A stretch of 59,257 bases of DNA, counting the filler. It is 10 parts of 10 records of this genome, joined end to end, with 100 filler letters (N's around TTAATTAATTAA, not from the genome) between each part and the next. Parts side by side here need not be neighbours in the genome. Positions count along the whole stretch, not along the records: positions 5,191 to 12,408 come from SRR31147125_119254; positions 12,509 to 17,728 come from SRR31147125_119286; positions 17,829 to 24,714 come from SRR31147125_119303; 7 more parts are not named here. One strand, given 5' to 3'. This document shows, piece by piece, positions 9,082 to 19,454 of this stretch. A program made the translations under genes and the position numbers. Within the stretch, counting starts at the first letter, position 1, and the number at the start of each line of letters is the position of its first letter. Under the pieces are notes generated by a model. That model worked only from the letters and a program-made list of their open reading frames with translations. It searched no databases and had not been told where the DNA came from.

Positions 9082-10553
9082 CAGGCCGTCACTCCCTCGA
9101 CGTTCCGGAATACCCGTTCGAAGCGCTCCAGAGCATCATCGATAATCTCGTCGGTGTCGGCGGCACTGGTGTACAGACGGCTGCCGGCGAGAGTCACCAG
9201 ACCTTCGGCCATGTAGGCCGCGCCCATTTCTTCCATCGCCGTTTTTCGGGTACGGGCTTCGCTGATAGTCTTCTTGATGGCCCAGGGTTTCCTGATATCG
9301 ATGTGCATCAGCATGGTTCCGACAGTCTCCAGATGACAGATTGAGCCCTGGTTGAAGGCCACGAAGGGAAGATCGTACTTCTCAATGAGCTTCTGCAGCC
9401 CTTTGGTCAACCGGTCGCCGGCCCGGCCGGCGGCAGCGCAGGCGTCGGTGTCGGCGATCGCTTTAAGAGTGTAGTAGCCAGCCAGGGAACTCAAGGGATT
9501 GGCGGCCATCGTGCCGCCAACAAGGGCCTTCTTCTTCCCGCCGCCCTTGATACCGGCCGACAGGTACTGCATGTACTCGTCCTTGCCACCCAGTCCGCCA
9601 GCGGAGGGGTAGCCTCCGGCCACCACCTTTCCGAAGCATGTGAGATCGGCTTCCACGCCGAAGTAGCCCTGGGCACCGCTCATGCCGATGCGGAAGGCGG
9701 TCACCACTTCATCGGATACCATTAACGATCCATACCGGTCACAGAGTCGGCGTACGCCCCCGATGAAGTCCCGATCCAGCGGTCGTGTCCCGCTCTCAGG
9801 CCCCATGGGCTCAACGAAAACAGCTGCCGTGCCGCCCCTCAGCCGGTTGCGCTTCAGAACGCGTTCCAGAGATTTCAAATCATTGGGGAAGAACTCCTGG
9901 GTGTTCCGGAAAATCCGCATCGGAACGCCATGGGCCTCGAAATGCATGGAACCAGGCAGGCGGATGCCATAGGCGAGCTGATCGGACCATCCATGGTACG
10001 CGCCGCCCATTTTCACGATATTTTTCTTCCCGGTAGCCAACCGGGCGACACGGACGGCGGCCATACAGGCTTCAGTGCCTGAACCGAGCATCCGGAATTT
10101 ATCCACGCTGGGCATGTGGTCGGATATCAATCTGGCCAGTTTCATTTCGTATTCATGGAATAGACCGGTGGACGGTCCGCAGGTGTCCAGCAGTTCCTTC
10201 ACTTTCTCCCGGACTTCCGGAGGATTGGAACCGAGAACCGTGGGGCCGCCGGCTTGAAGGAAGTCGATGTAGCGGTTGCCATCCAGATCTTCCAGGTACG
10301 CCCCTTCGGCTTTGGTGAACACCAGCGGGAACGGATGGTTGAAGGCCAGGTTGTGCTGCACTCCCCCGGGGATGACATCCATGGCTTCGCCGATCATCTC
10401 TTTGGATCTGACGCATTTCCCGTCAAAATACTCTCTGACGTAGGTATCCATGGCGTCTTTTCTGATGGACCTGATGGGCATGGCCAGCAGGGCTTCGAGT
10501 TTTCTATAGATGGGTTCGGTTTCATGGTAGTTAGTAATGGCGAATTCGGGCAT
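9081..10553 (-). CDS. Class III PLP aminotransferase (glutamate-1-semialdehyde aminomutase-like)
   Basis: DLDGNRYIDF, SGTEA, GAYHG, DEVVTAFR and TCFGK; start set at MPEFAI after a GGAG RBS. Confidence 0.9.
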   Translation of the reverse strand: MPEFAITNYHETEPIYRKLEALLAMPIRSIRKDAMDTYVREYFDGKCVRSKEMIGEAMDVIPGGVQHNLAFNHPFPLVFTKAEGAYLEDLDGNRYIDFLQAGGPTVLGSNPPEVREKVKELLDTCGPSTGLFHEYEMKLARLISDHMPSVDKFRMLGSGTEACMAAVRVARLATGKKNIVKMGGAYHGWSDQLAYGIRLPGSMHFEAHGVPMRIFRNTQEFFPNDLKSLERVLKRNRLRGGTAAVFVEPMGPESGTRPLDRDFIGGVRRLCDRYGSLMVSDEVVTAFRIGMSGAQGYFGVEADLTCFGKVVAGGYPSAGGLGGKDEYMQYLSAGIKGGGKKKALVGGTMAANPLSSLAGYYTLKAIADTDACAAAGRAGDRLTKGLQKLIEKYDLPFVAFNQGSICHLETVGTMLMHIDIRKPWAIKKTISEARTRKTAMEEMGAAYMAEGLVTLAGSRLYTSAADTDEIIDDALERFERVFRNVEGVTA

Positions 10554-10590
10554 TTGTCTGTCTCCGTCTATTTGGCAATGATGTATTTGG

Positions 10591-10610
10591 GTGAGTGAGT
10601 ATTCACTTAC
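10591..10610. promoter_or_regulatory. Imperfect palindrome, probable TetR operator
   Basis: gtgagtgagtattcacttac, ~40 nt upstream of the operon that contains the TetR gene. Confidence 0.6.
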
Positions 10611-10861
10611 ATAATATATCATGCACTCCAGGAGAGTACAATGCAAGTAGAAATTGTTAGTCTAGTGTGAAAAGCCTTAGCCAGTGCTTCGCAGATTGGG
10701 GAAAGCCGAACAAGGCGTGGATTTTGCTGCTCTCGCGGCCCGCTACTGTACACAGGGGCGATGCCGGCACTGAACAAGTCCCGTTTCCCCAATCTTCGAC
10801 GCACTGTAAAAGCCTTGCTGATTTCCGATGGAAGATGTCGGAAATCGCCTACTGGAGGTTC

Positions 10862-11212
10862 TCACTGGCCGAAGGTGATATTACTGACGGCCACCACCGT
10901 GGCATTTCCATCGGTACAGGTGAAGACAACGTCCTGCATCCCGGAAAAAACCTGGGTATCATTCCAGTAGACAGAGCTCCCTTCAGCCAGGATGGCGATA
11001 TTCGCAACTCCGGCAGGTACGCTGAAGGTTTCTTCTTCACCGACGGCAATAGTGCCGCTCAGCAGATTCGTACCTGTCGGATCCTCCTCTGTCTGAACAA
11101 CTACCTGTTCGATCGTCGTATCGGAAGTCGCGTTGACCACTGTATAGTTGGCATTACAGGACGCAAAGACCAGGGTAATGAGAACGGAAAGCAGTATGCC
11201 GATTTTCTTCAT
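10862..11212 (-). CDS. Small lipoprotein of unknown function
   Basis: MKK + hydrophobic stretch + VFAS-C lipobox; beta-rich mature region; GGAG RBS. Confidence 0.75.
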   Translation of the reverse strand: MKKIGILLSVLITLVFASCNANYTVVNATSDTTIEQVVVQTEEDPTGTNLLSGTIAVGEEETFSVPAGVANIAILAEGSSVYWNDTQVFSGMQDVVFTCTDGNATVVAVSNITFGQ

Positions 11213-11280
11213 ATATCGCTCCTATCCGGGATTAAAACATCCCTGTATCGTTCTGACAACAGAAATCATGCGCTCACTGC

Positions 11281-12408
11281 CTAATTAACAGTGAAACGCC
11301 TGTACACCGCATCATTCACCCGGACTCGTCCGCGAACCTTCACCGCCACATGCTCTCCCCGGGAGGCGGATTCCACCGTCCGGCCCTCCACCTGGATGGA
11401 CTCGACGGTAAGTTCCATATTCCCTGTTGTCGGGCCCTGAATGAGCAACTCGTCTCCGACCCGGAAGGATGCGCCCTGGACTTTGATCTCGGCTACACCG
11501 GGTTTCCGGTAATAGTTGACCACGATGCCGACGGTTTCCTTGCGTTTCGTCGCCAGGCTGTTGGGACTTTTTGTCCAGTCCGCCGTCGGACGTCCCATGT
11601 AGAACCCCGGCGAGAAGTCCCTGTTGAACACCGTACGCAACTCTTCGGTCAGGCTGACCTTTAATTCCTCGAACTCACGACGCTGTTCCGCGGCGTCGTC
11701 ACCGTCCTTCCCCGCCAGGTGCTCGTACCAGAAATCCACCGCCCGGCGATAGGTACCGACAACGGTCGACACATATTCGGGGTTGCGCATCCGGCCCTCA
11801 ATCTTAAGAGAGGCGATACCCGCATCGAGAACCTTTTCAAGGAAGGGCATGGTGCAGAGATCGTTGGGACTCATTACGAAATCCCGGCCGATCTCATATT
11901 CATATTCTCCTTCCACATCGATGATCCGGTACTCACGGCGGCAGGGCTGCAGACAGGCTCCCCGGTTGGCGGACTGGCCGGTGGAGAACTCGGACATGAA
12001 GCAGCGCCCGCTCACCGAGACGCACATGGCGCCGTGGATGAAGGCTTCCAGCTCTATCTTCCGGGCCTCATCACCCAATTCCTTTTCCAGAGCAGTACCG
12101 ATGGCGCGGATATGGGCCAGGGAACATTCCCGGGCCAGCACGAAACGCCGGATTCCGTCCCGACGGTAGTAGCGCAGCAGCTCCCTGGAATTGCTCACCG
12201 ACGCCTGGGTGGACAGGTGGACGTCCAGACCCCGTTCCGTCGCGGCGTCCATTACGGCTCCGTCCCAGCAGATAATCGCATCGACACCGGCGGCGGCGGC
12301 GGCGTCCAGGCTGCGTTTCAGCACCGGCAGTTCCGCCTCATACACAATGGTGTTCAAAGTCAGGTAGGCCTTTGCCCCGTTCTCCCGACAGGCGGTCACC
12401 ACCATCGG
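11281..12408 (-). CDS. Peptidase U32 family protein (TrhP/RlhA-type Fe-S hydroxylation factor), 5'-truncated
   Basis: HLSTQ, LARE, HGAMCVSVSGRC, NRGACLQPCR and SLKIEGR. Confidence 0.92.
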   Translation of the reverse strand, partial: PMVVTACRENGAKAYLTLNTIVYEAELPVLKRSLDAAAAAGVDAIICWDGAVMDAATERGLDVHLSTQASVSNSRELLRYYRRDGIRRFVLARECSLAHIRAIGTALEKELGDEARKIELEAFIHGAMCVSVSGRCFMSEFSTGQSANRGACLQPCRREYRIIDVEGEYEYEIGRDFVMSPNDLCTMPFLEKVLDAGIASLKIEGRMRNPEYVSTVVGTYRRAVDFWYEHLAGKDGDDAAEQRREFEELKVSLTEELRTVFNRDFSPGFYMGRPTADWTKSPNSLATKRKETVGIVVNYYRKPGVAEIKVQGASFRVGDELLIQGPTTGNMELTVESIQVEGRTVESASRGEHVAVKVRGRVRVNDAVYRRFTVN

Positions 12409-12627
12409 NNNNNNNNNNNNNNNNNNNNNNNNNNNNNNNNNNNNNNNNNNNNTTAATTAATTAANNNNNNNNNNNNNNNNNNNNNNNNNNNNNNNNNNNN
12501 NNNNNNNNAAAATAACGTTTTCGGTGAAAGTGTCGCTGAAGTATTGGGTGTTAAATAACTTTTCCAGTTAGAATCTCATATCGTTGAGAGACAGGGGCGA
12601 ATTTCAAATGGGAAAGTGATTTCGGAT

Positions 12628-14181
12628 TCATTCCTTACGTACGGTATGCCGTCTACTGTTGTCGCAGGGGCTACATGATTCCATTCCGGAAGGCGTTTTC
12701 TTCAATGGAAGAATCACCGTAAAGGTACTTCCCTTGTTCACCTCGCTCTCCACATTGATATACCCCTGCATCCCATCCACAATGCTCTTTACAATGGGCA
12801 AACCAAGTCCGGTACCGGTAATGAATCGCGTCCTGTCGGTTTTCACCCGATAGAAGCGCTCAAATATTTTATCCATAAACTTGGCATCAATCCCAAATCC
12901 GGTATCTCTGACGCTGACCCGGATATTGTTCCCCGCCACATCGCAAGTCACGTCGATGCGTCCTCCTTCAGGCGTATAGTTGATGGCATTGGAGATTAAA
13001 TTTCCAAACACACTCTCCAAGGCAACAGGATCCGCGATGATCGGAGGCAGCGGGCTTTGGGGAGGCGTCACCGTCAAGGTCAACCCTTTGGCTACAGCAC
13101 GGGCATTTAAAAATTCGCCGATGTTTTGCAACAGAGTATCCACCTGAACCGATTTCGGTTCCTTGGCCAGCATGCCGGCCTCGATACGGGAGAGATCCAA
13201 CAGATCGCCGATGGTTGATATCAGTGTTTTTGTTTTTTCTCTGGCTCTGGAGAGCATGTACTGATCCTGCTCATCGGCATGTTCGGAAAGCCCGTCCATC
13301 ACCATATTGAGCTGTTCATGGATGGTGGATAGAGGCGATCTGAGTTCATGGGACACTTTAGCGACGAATTCCGATTTCAGTTGATCCAGCGCCTTCATTG
13401 AGGAAATATCCACAAAATTCACCAGTGCCCCGATGCACTCATTCCTTTCTCCAAGAATAGGGCGACAGCGCACCATCAGGTGTTTGTTTGGAGACGGTTC
13501 GATTTCGTATGACGGGATGTCGTTGTAGTCGATGTAGCGCCCTCTGGAGATGTCGAATATCAACTCACACAATTCAGGATCGTCGATAAATTTATCGATT
13601 GAATCCCCCGGGCCTTTTTCCGGATTCAAATCCAAATGGTACGTGCAAGCCGGGTTGATGAGTACGACCTTACCTTGGCTGTTGGTCACAATGACGCCAT
13701 TGGGAAGTGATTCGATGATGGTCCGGGTCCGGCTTTGTTCATTGTGTAGATCTTCAAGGGTTCGTTTTTTTTCTTCCTGCAGTCTTTCCGCCTCGATGGA
13801 GAGCTCCAGCTTCTCTCGGGCCCGGTTGACCGAAAGTCTCAGCTGATCCGGTTGATACGGCTTGGGAATGAAATTATACGCCCCTCGCTGCATGGCTTCG
13901 ATGGCCGTCTCTACAGTGGCATACCCGGTGATGACAATGACGAGAATCCCTCGCTCCATCGCCATGATGCGTTTGAGTACTTCCATGCCGTCCATACCCG
14001 GCATTTTCATATCCAAAAGAACAATGGCGATGGATTCTTCTTGAAGAATTTCGAGCCCTTTTTCACCTCTCGGGGCCAGGAACACTTCAAAGTTCATCCT
14101 CGAAAGAATTCTTTTGGCGCCCTCCCGAAGACTTGGCTCGTCATCAATGACCAGAATTTTTCCGGGGTCTAATTGATCCAT
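12628..14181 (-). CDS. Hybrid REC-PAS-histidine kinase
   Basis: N-terminal receiver (LVIDDE, LLDMKMP), PAS, H-box SHELRSPL, N-box NLISNAINY and G-boxes DTGFGI/GTGLGL. Confidence 0.92.
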   Translation of the reverse strand: MDQLDPGKILVIDDEPSLREGAKRILSRMNFEVFLAPRGEKGLEILQEESIAIVLLDMKMPGMDGMEVLKRIMAMERGILVIVITGYATVETAIEAMQRGAYNFIPKPYQPDQLRLSVNRAREKLELSIEAERLQEEKKRTLEDLHNEQSRTRTIIESLPNGVIVTNSQGKVVLINPACTYHLDLNPEKGPGDSIDKFIDDPELCELIFDISRGRYIDYNDIPSYEIEPSPNKHLMVRCRPILGERNECIGALVNFVDISSMKALDQLKSEFVAKVSHELRSPLSTIHEQLNMVMDGLSEHADEQDQYMLSRAREKTKTLISTIGDLLDLSRIEAGMLAKEPKSVQVDTLLQNIGEFLNARAVAKGLTLTVTPPQSPLPPIIADPVALESVFGNLISNAINYTPEGGRIDVTCDVAGNNIRVSVRDTGFGIDAKFMDKIFERFYRVKTDRTRFITGTGLGLPIVKSIVDGMQGYINVESEVNKGSTFTVILPLKKTPSGMESCSPCDNSRRHTVRKE

Positions 14182-14360
14182 TGTTCTCGTCTCCTTTTTC
14201 TGAAAATGGGGTTTTATTTGGCTGATCTCTACATCACTTTATTAAGCGCATTCAACTGTCGTTGTAAGAAAGCCGCACATGCGTGACGATATGGAAATTC
14301 CTGTCGTTTCAGGTTCATGGGTTTTCATATTTTGTTATGTCATGTGAGGCTGGCGTGTCG

Positions 14361-15185
14361 TTACAAAGCGTTCAGTACGTCCAGAAACTCGGATGGATCG
14401 ACATCCACCCGTGTCCATAACAGCAGTGTTCGCCTGGCAGCATGGGCCAGAGGGCGCAATCCGTCAATAAAAGGAACGCCCAGCTCATCGGCTTTTGCTT
14501 GCCATATATTGTTCTCCCGACCATAGTTCAGGTCCAGGATGATTTCGCAATCGTCAAATTGTTGGCGATGTAAAAATTGAGTAAATTCCGGAGAATCATC
14601 AGGGGATGAGACCGGGGTGGTATTGATGACGATGTGGGCCGACGGCGGCGTTTGGGCCAATTGTTCAAGATCTGTGGCGTGTCCACCGATTTTTTTGATG
14701 ATATCATCCACCCGTTGGGAATTTCTACCGGCAATATCGATGGACGTGGATCTCAGCCAGTTGAGGATGAAGACCACCGCCCTTGAAGCGCCACCGGATC
14801 CGAAGACCAAAGTCCGTTTATCCGTCACATCAAATCCCTCTTCTTCCAAGGTATCCATAAAACCGATGGCATTGGTATTGTACCCTTTCAGTTCGTCGCC
14901 GTTTCGAATAATGGTGTTCACCGCACCGATGATATTGGCACCCTCCGATAAGATGCTCATATAAGGAATGACCGATGATTTGTGGGGAATGGTGACATTT
15001 GCTCCGTCAAAATTTAACACTTTCAGACTCTGCATGGCTTCGCCGATGGCTTCCGGAAAGACTTTGATGGGAATGTAAGACGCACTGATACCGATGCGTT
15101 TGAAAATGGCGTTGAACATGGGGGAGGATTTGGTCCGAAATGCCCTCTCATCACCGATAATGCAAAATGTTTTCATAAGCGTCAT
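14361..15185 (-). CDS. aroE: Shikimate dehydrogenase
   Basis: GANVTIPHK, GAVNT, GYNT, GSGGAS, INTTP and DLNY; some residues diverge (YNTN rather than NTD). Confidence 0.8.
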   Translation of the reverse strand: MTLMKTFCIIGDERAFRTKSSPMFNAIFKRIGISASYIPIKVFPEAIGEAMQSLKVLNFDGANVTIPHKSSVIPYMSILSEGANIIGAVNTIIRNGDELKGYNTNAIGFMDTLEEEGFDVTDKRTLVFGSGGASRAVVFILNWLRSTSIDIAGRNSQRVDDIIKKIGGHATDLEQLAQTPPSAHIVINTTPVSSPDDSPEFTQFLHRQQFDDCEIILDLNYGRENNIWQAKADELGVPFIDGLRPLAHAARRTLLLWTRVDVDPSEFLDVLNAL

Positions 15186-15604
15186 CTTTAAATTGGGGGT
15201 TAAATCGTGGGGTCGCCCCTGTGCATCCGGTCATACAAAAAAATCACACAGGATTGTCCTGACCGTTCATGGGGTGTTGTGGCAGTGCGACTGCCATGAC
15301 CGCAATTATTTGAAAGACGATAAGGAGGCGTTGGAAATGTTCATTTTCCCGAAAGAAGAAAGTCGTTCTTTCGGGAAGGGTTCGGGGTTATAAAAAAGTT
15401 GTGTTACAAACACGGATAAGGGCGAATGGGTGTTCGCCCTTAATTTACCTTGATTTGATACGGATCGGTTGTAAAATCAGTCTGTTGTGTTTTTAGTTTG
15501 CAGCGTTGATGTCTTGTTCAACCCATTGATTCTTGTGTATTTGTGGAAAACCAAGAATTTGATGAAAGGGGCATGGGTTAGAAAGTTGCTACAGTTTTCA
15601 TTTG

Positions 15605-15991
15605 TTAAGAGACAAGACGTTGAACGCTTTTCGTGATCTCTTCGGCAGAAGCCGGTTTCGGCAGATAATCATCAGCTTCCATACTCATTCCGTCCGCATG
15701 GGAATACCGGGTGGAGCCCACATGGTCGGCAACCGCAGTCAGCATGACAATGGGGATGTCTTGAAACGTTTCATCTCCTTTCAGTTCGGCGCAAACCTCA
15801 TACCCGTCTTTTTCCGGCATCATGACATCCAGTACAATGGCATCCGGGGGATTGGCTTTTACTTTTTCAATGGCCTCAACGCCATCATAAGCAACATCGA
15901 CATCATATCCCTCCTTTTTGAGGTTGGCTTGTACAATTGAAGCAAAATCAGGTTCATCGTCAACAACAAGTATTCTTTTCGGATCGCCCAT
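15605..15991 (-). CDS. Single-domain response regulator
   Basis: ILVVDDE, LDVMMP, MLTA and YLPKP. Confidence 0.92.
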   Translation of the reverse strand: MGDPKRILVVDDEPDFASIVQANLKKEGYDVDVAYDGVEAIEKVKANPPDAIVLDVMMPEKDGYEVCAELKGDETFQDIPIVMLTAVADHVGSTRYSHADGMSMEADDYLPKPASAEEITKSVQRLVS

Positions 15992-16349
15992 AATGTTTCT
16001 CCCTATTGGTTTTAAGTGTTGATGGGTTCGTAAAAAAAGTCAGCCCCGCTCTTTTTGAACACTTGAGCTGTTGATACTGGAGCTCTTTTGAGTTGACATG
16101 TGTTCAAAACAGAATGATTTGACCCTTTACAGCGTCATCAATTAGTGAAAAATAGCGAACTATCTTTTTGAATAGTGTAAACTTGAACGTTATTTGATCT
16201 GTTGTAAATAGAAATTATCGAAGCCATGGGGACTCGACCGTGGAGCTGGTTAAGAAATGATTCGATTCAATGAATAAGTTCCATTCATTAAGTTAATTTA
16301 TATACGGGGATGGAACGCCTGTCAACAGAAAATCGCTTCTTTTTCTCAA

Positions 16350-17728
16350 TCAGGACGCCTTCTTTTTCTCCAAAGGAAGCAAGATTGTGAAACGAGCCCC
16401 GCGGATGTCGCGATTTTCCACGAATAATTTTCCGTCATGACTTTCCACAATGCCGTAAGCCATGCTGAGTCCCAGTCCGGTGCCTTTGCCTTCTTCCTTT
16501 GTGGTAAAAAAGGGTTCGAAAATGGTGGTGATGATGCCATCCGGAATCCCCGGACCCGTGTCGGAAATGGTAATCTGCGCCATGCCTGTATCCATGCGGA
16601 GTCTGCTTTCAATGGTGAGGGTCCCTTCCCCCTCCATGGCATCGGCGGCGTTGAGGATGATATTCATGAACACATGGTTAAGCTGCTGGACATCGGCCGG
16701 AATTTCAGGAATATTTTTATCATATTCCTCCATAATTTCAATATTTTGAAAAATGGCTTGGTTTTTGAGCAGGAACAGGGTTCGGGCCACCACTTTATTA
16801 ATGTTTTGAAGTTTGACTTCCCGTTTGGTTTGTCTGGCGAACTCCAAAAGTTCCTTGACAATGGCACTGCATCGTTCGGCATCCCGTTGGATCCTGAGAA
16901 GATCGTCCCGCACCTCGTTATCCAACTCATGTTCTTCCAGAATCAGTTGGGTAAAAAGGGTGATGCCCCCTAAAGGGTTGTTCAGCTGATGAGCGACACC
17001 TGCGGCCAGCTTTCCCAAAGCCGACATCTTTTCCGCCTGAAGAAGTTGAATCTGCGTCTTTTCAAGTTCCGCTTCCATCCGTTTGGCTTCGGTCAGATCA
17101 TGGAAAAATCCAATGCTGGCCACTTCCTTATCCCCTTCGTAGACAATGGAGGCGTTGAGACTGATGGGAAAGGTGGTGCCGTCTTTTCGAATGGCGATTT
17201 GCTGATGGCCTTTGAGAACGCCTTTTTGCTCCATCCGCATTTTTTTCATTATTTTTTGGGCGTCGTTGGGCGGGTAGAGATCTCTAATGTTGAGGCCGGC
17301 CATGACATCCTGCTTTGAGTACCCGGACATGCGGGCGGCCGCCTTGTTGAAAATAACAATTTTACCGGTCATATCGGCAGCAATGATCCCGTCGGCAGCA
17401 CTATGGATGAGATTTCGTAAAAATGCATTGGAAGAAGAGCGTTTCTCATCATATTGAAACAGTGCCGGCAGGTCGAAGTCCAAAATGACGATGGCTTTAT
17501 GGGGCAATGGGGGCTGGGGTGAATGGATTGGGTAGGCATAAAGGCAGGTGGGGGCGCAGTCGGTTTCTTCTGCATGGTCGGGTGCGTTATTGAGCCCCTT
17601 TTTCAGGAAAAGTTGTTTTAATGTAGGTGTTCCGGTTTTATTCACTTCTGTGGCCGGGCATTCCGGGCAGGGGGTTTTCCGGTTGAAAAGGGCCTCATGG
17701 CACATTTTACCAATGATCGTTTCTTTTT
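16350..17728 (-). CDS. PAS-domain sensor histidine kinase (NtrB-like), 5'-truncated
   Basis: PAS domain, EKMSALGKLAAGVAHQLNNPL, NAADA, DTGPGI and GTGLGL. Confidence 0.9.
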
Positions 17729-17828
17729 NNNNNNNNNNNNNNNNNNNNNNNNNNNNNNNNNNNNNNNNNNNNTTAATTAATTAANNNNNNNNNNNNNNNN
17801 NNNNNNNNNNNNNNNNNNNNNNNNNNNN

Positions 17829-18656
17829 GCAGCGGCTGCCGTGACCACCGCAACAACACGAGATATCTGTTCTCGGCAAGGGACCGATCCGACCGCGACG
17901 GTTGCCCTCGGTCGTGTGTTGACCGGTGGGGCTTTGTTGAGCTGTCTATTGAAAGGGCGGCAGCGCCTGGCCCTGATGATCGAAGGGAACGGTCCACTCG
18001 GAAAATTGAGTGTGGAAGCGGATGCGGATGCCAGGATCCGGGGCAGCATCAGAAATCCGTTGGCGGGTCTGCCACCGCGGGATGATCGTTATGATGTTGC
18101 CGGTGCCATCGGCAAGGCAGGTTTTCTTCATGTCTGGAAGGATCTGGGCCTGAAGGAACCGTATCAGAGTATGGTTCAGCTGCAGAGTAGTGAGGTTGCG
18201 GATGATATTGCCTGGTACCTGACCAGCTCTGAGCAGGTTCCGTCGTCACTAGGGCTCGGTGTCGAGCTGGATGGGCAGGGCCTGGTGGCCGTGGCCGGTG
18301 GATTCCTGGTTCAATCTCTTCCGCCCGGAGATGAAAAGCAGGTTTCCCGGTTGATTGAACGGATTGAGAAGATGCCGCCGGTGACAACGTTGCTGAAACA
18401 GGGGGTCAAGCCGGTTGATGTTCTGGCGGATCTGTTCGGAGGGGTGGAATTTGCTGTTCAGCAGGAACAGCCTGTGAGCTTCTACTGCCCCTGCAACAGA
18501 GAGCAGATTGTCGGCATGCTGCTTTCGCTTGGGAATGATGAGCTCGAGACGATCGAAAAAGAGCAAGAAGTCGTAGAAGTTGTCTGTGAATACTGCCGAG
18601 AAAAGTATTCATTTGAAAAAGACGAAATAAAAAAACTGCGAGAAGAGTCAAAATAA
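17829..18656 (+). CDS. hslO: Hsp33 redox-regulated chaperone, 5'-truncated
   Basis: ALGRVLTG, YLTSSEQVPS, AGGFLVQ and the C-terminal CPC...CEYC zinc motif. Confidence 0.93.
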   Translation, partial: AAAAVTTATTRDICSRQGTDPTATVALGRVLTGGALLSCLLKGRQRLALMIEGNGPLGKLSVEADADARIRGSIRNPLAGLPPRDDRYDVAGAIGKAGFLHVWKDLGLKEPYQSMVQLQSSEVADDIAWYLTSSEQVPSSLGLGVELDGQGLVAVAGGFLVQSLPPGDEKQVSRLIERIEKMPPVTTLLKQGVKPVDVLADLFGGVEFAVQQEQPVSFYCPCNREQIVGMLLSLGNDELETIEKEQEVVEVVCEYCREKYSFEKDEIKKLREESK

Positions 18657-18965
18657 AGGCAGGGTTTTCGCCCTACTGACGAGGAACAGGCCCCGCAAGA
18701 TTATTGCTGGCTAATTATGCTGGCCAAATGTCGAGCGTCCTGTTTGAGCGAGAATGATCACAGAATAAACACGACCTTACTTGTCGGGAAAATAAAAAAC
18801 GCAGAGGTATTCGCGCATTAGAAAATCAAACAATGTTATATTTTAAACTGCTTGGGTGATTTGCCCTTGTTTCATGTCCAAAAAGCTATTCATCTTAAAA
18901 AAACAATTTTCGAAAAACGCTGTAATTCCAAAAGAAAAGCAGACTGCAGAGGTCAAGATAATTGC

Positions 18966-18981
18966 ATACAGTATACTGTAT
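18966..18981. promoter_or_regulatory. Perfect 16-bp palindrome just upstream of a TTGACA -35 box of the nuo operon
   Basis: atacagtatactgtat, with ttgaca at 18989-18994. Confidence 0.6.
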
Positions 18982-19097
18982 TTTTTACTTGACATGCCGT
19001 GGGGAAGTATCCTAATTTTCGACACGCTGTGGCGTATTTTATCATCCTGTGTGTGCCGCAAAACGATCCAAATTCTTCAATGGAAGGAGCATTTTCT

Positions 19098-19454
19098 ATG
19101 CTGGATATTTATTTGCCGATCCTTGTTGTCATCGGCATTGCCTTCGCGTTTGCCATCGGATCAGTCACGTTGTCACGACTGATTGGCGTTAAGAAGCCAA
19201 GTGAGGTCAAGCTTGCGCCGTACGAGTGTGGTATGCCGTTGCTCGGTTCCGCACAGGACCGGTTTTCAGTCAAGTTTTATATCATTGCGATGCTGTTCAT
19301 CCTCTTTGATATTGAAGCTGTTTTCCTTTATCCCTGGGCTGTCATGTTCAAGCGCCTCGGGATCTTCGGCTTCATTGAGATGGGTGTTTTCATCATTATT
19401 CTTCTCGTGGGTTACATTTACGTATGGAAAAAAGGAGCTCTGGAATGGGAGTAG
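19098..19454 (+). CDS. nuoA: NADH-quinone oxidoreductase subunit A
   Basis: [20 protein letters not shown] and [17 protein letters not shown]. Confidence 0.96.
   Translation: MLDIYLPILVVIGIAFAFAIGSVTLSRLIGVKKPSEVKLAPYECGMPLLGSAQDRFSVKFYIIAMLFILFDIEAVFLYPWAVMFKRLGIFGFIEMGVFIIILLVGYIYVWKKGALEWE

Noticed and set aside
9081..10553. Calling the aminotransferase hemL
   Set aside because: It has an N-terminal extension, a sugar-catabolic context and no tetrapyrrole genes nearby, so only a family-level call is supported.
18657..18720. ctgacgag as a hammerhead ribozyme core after hslO
   Set aside because: No correctly placed GAAA core or supporting stems.
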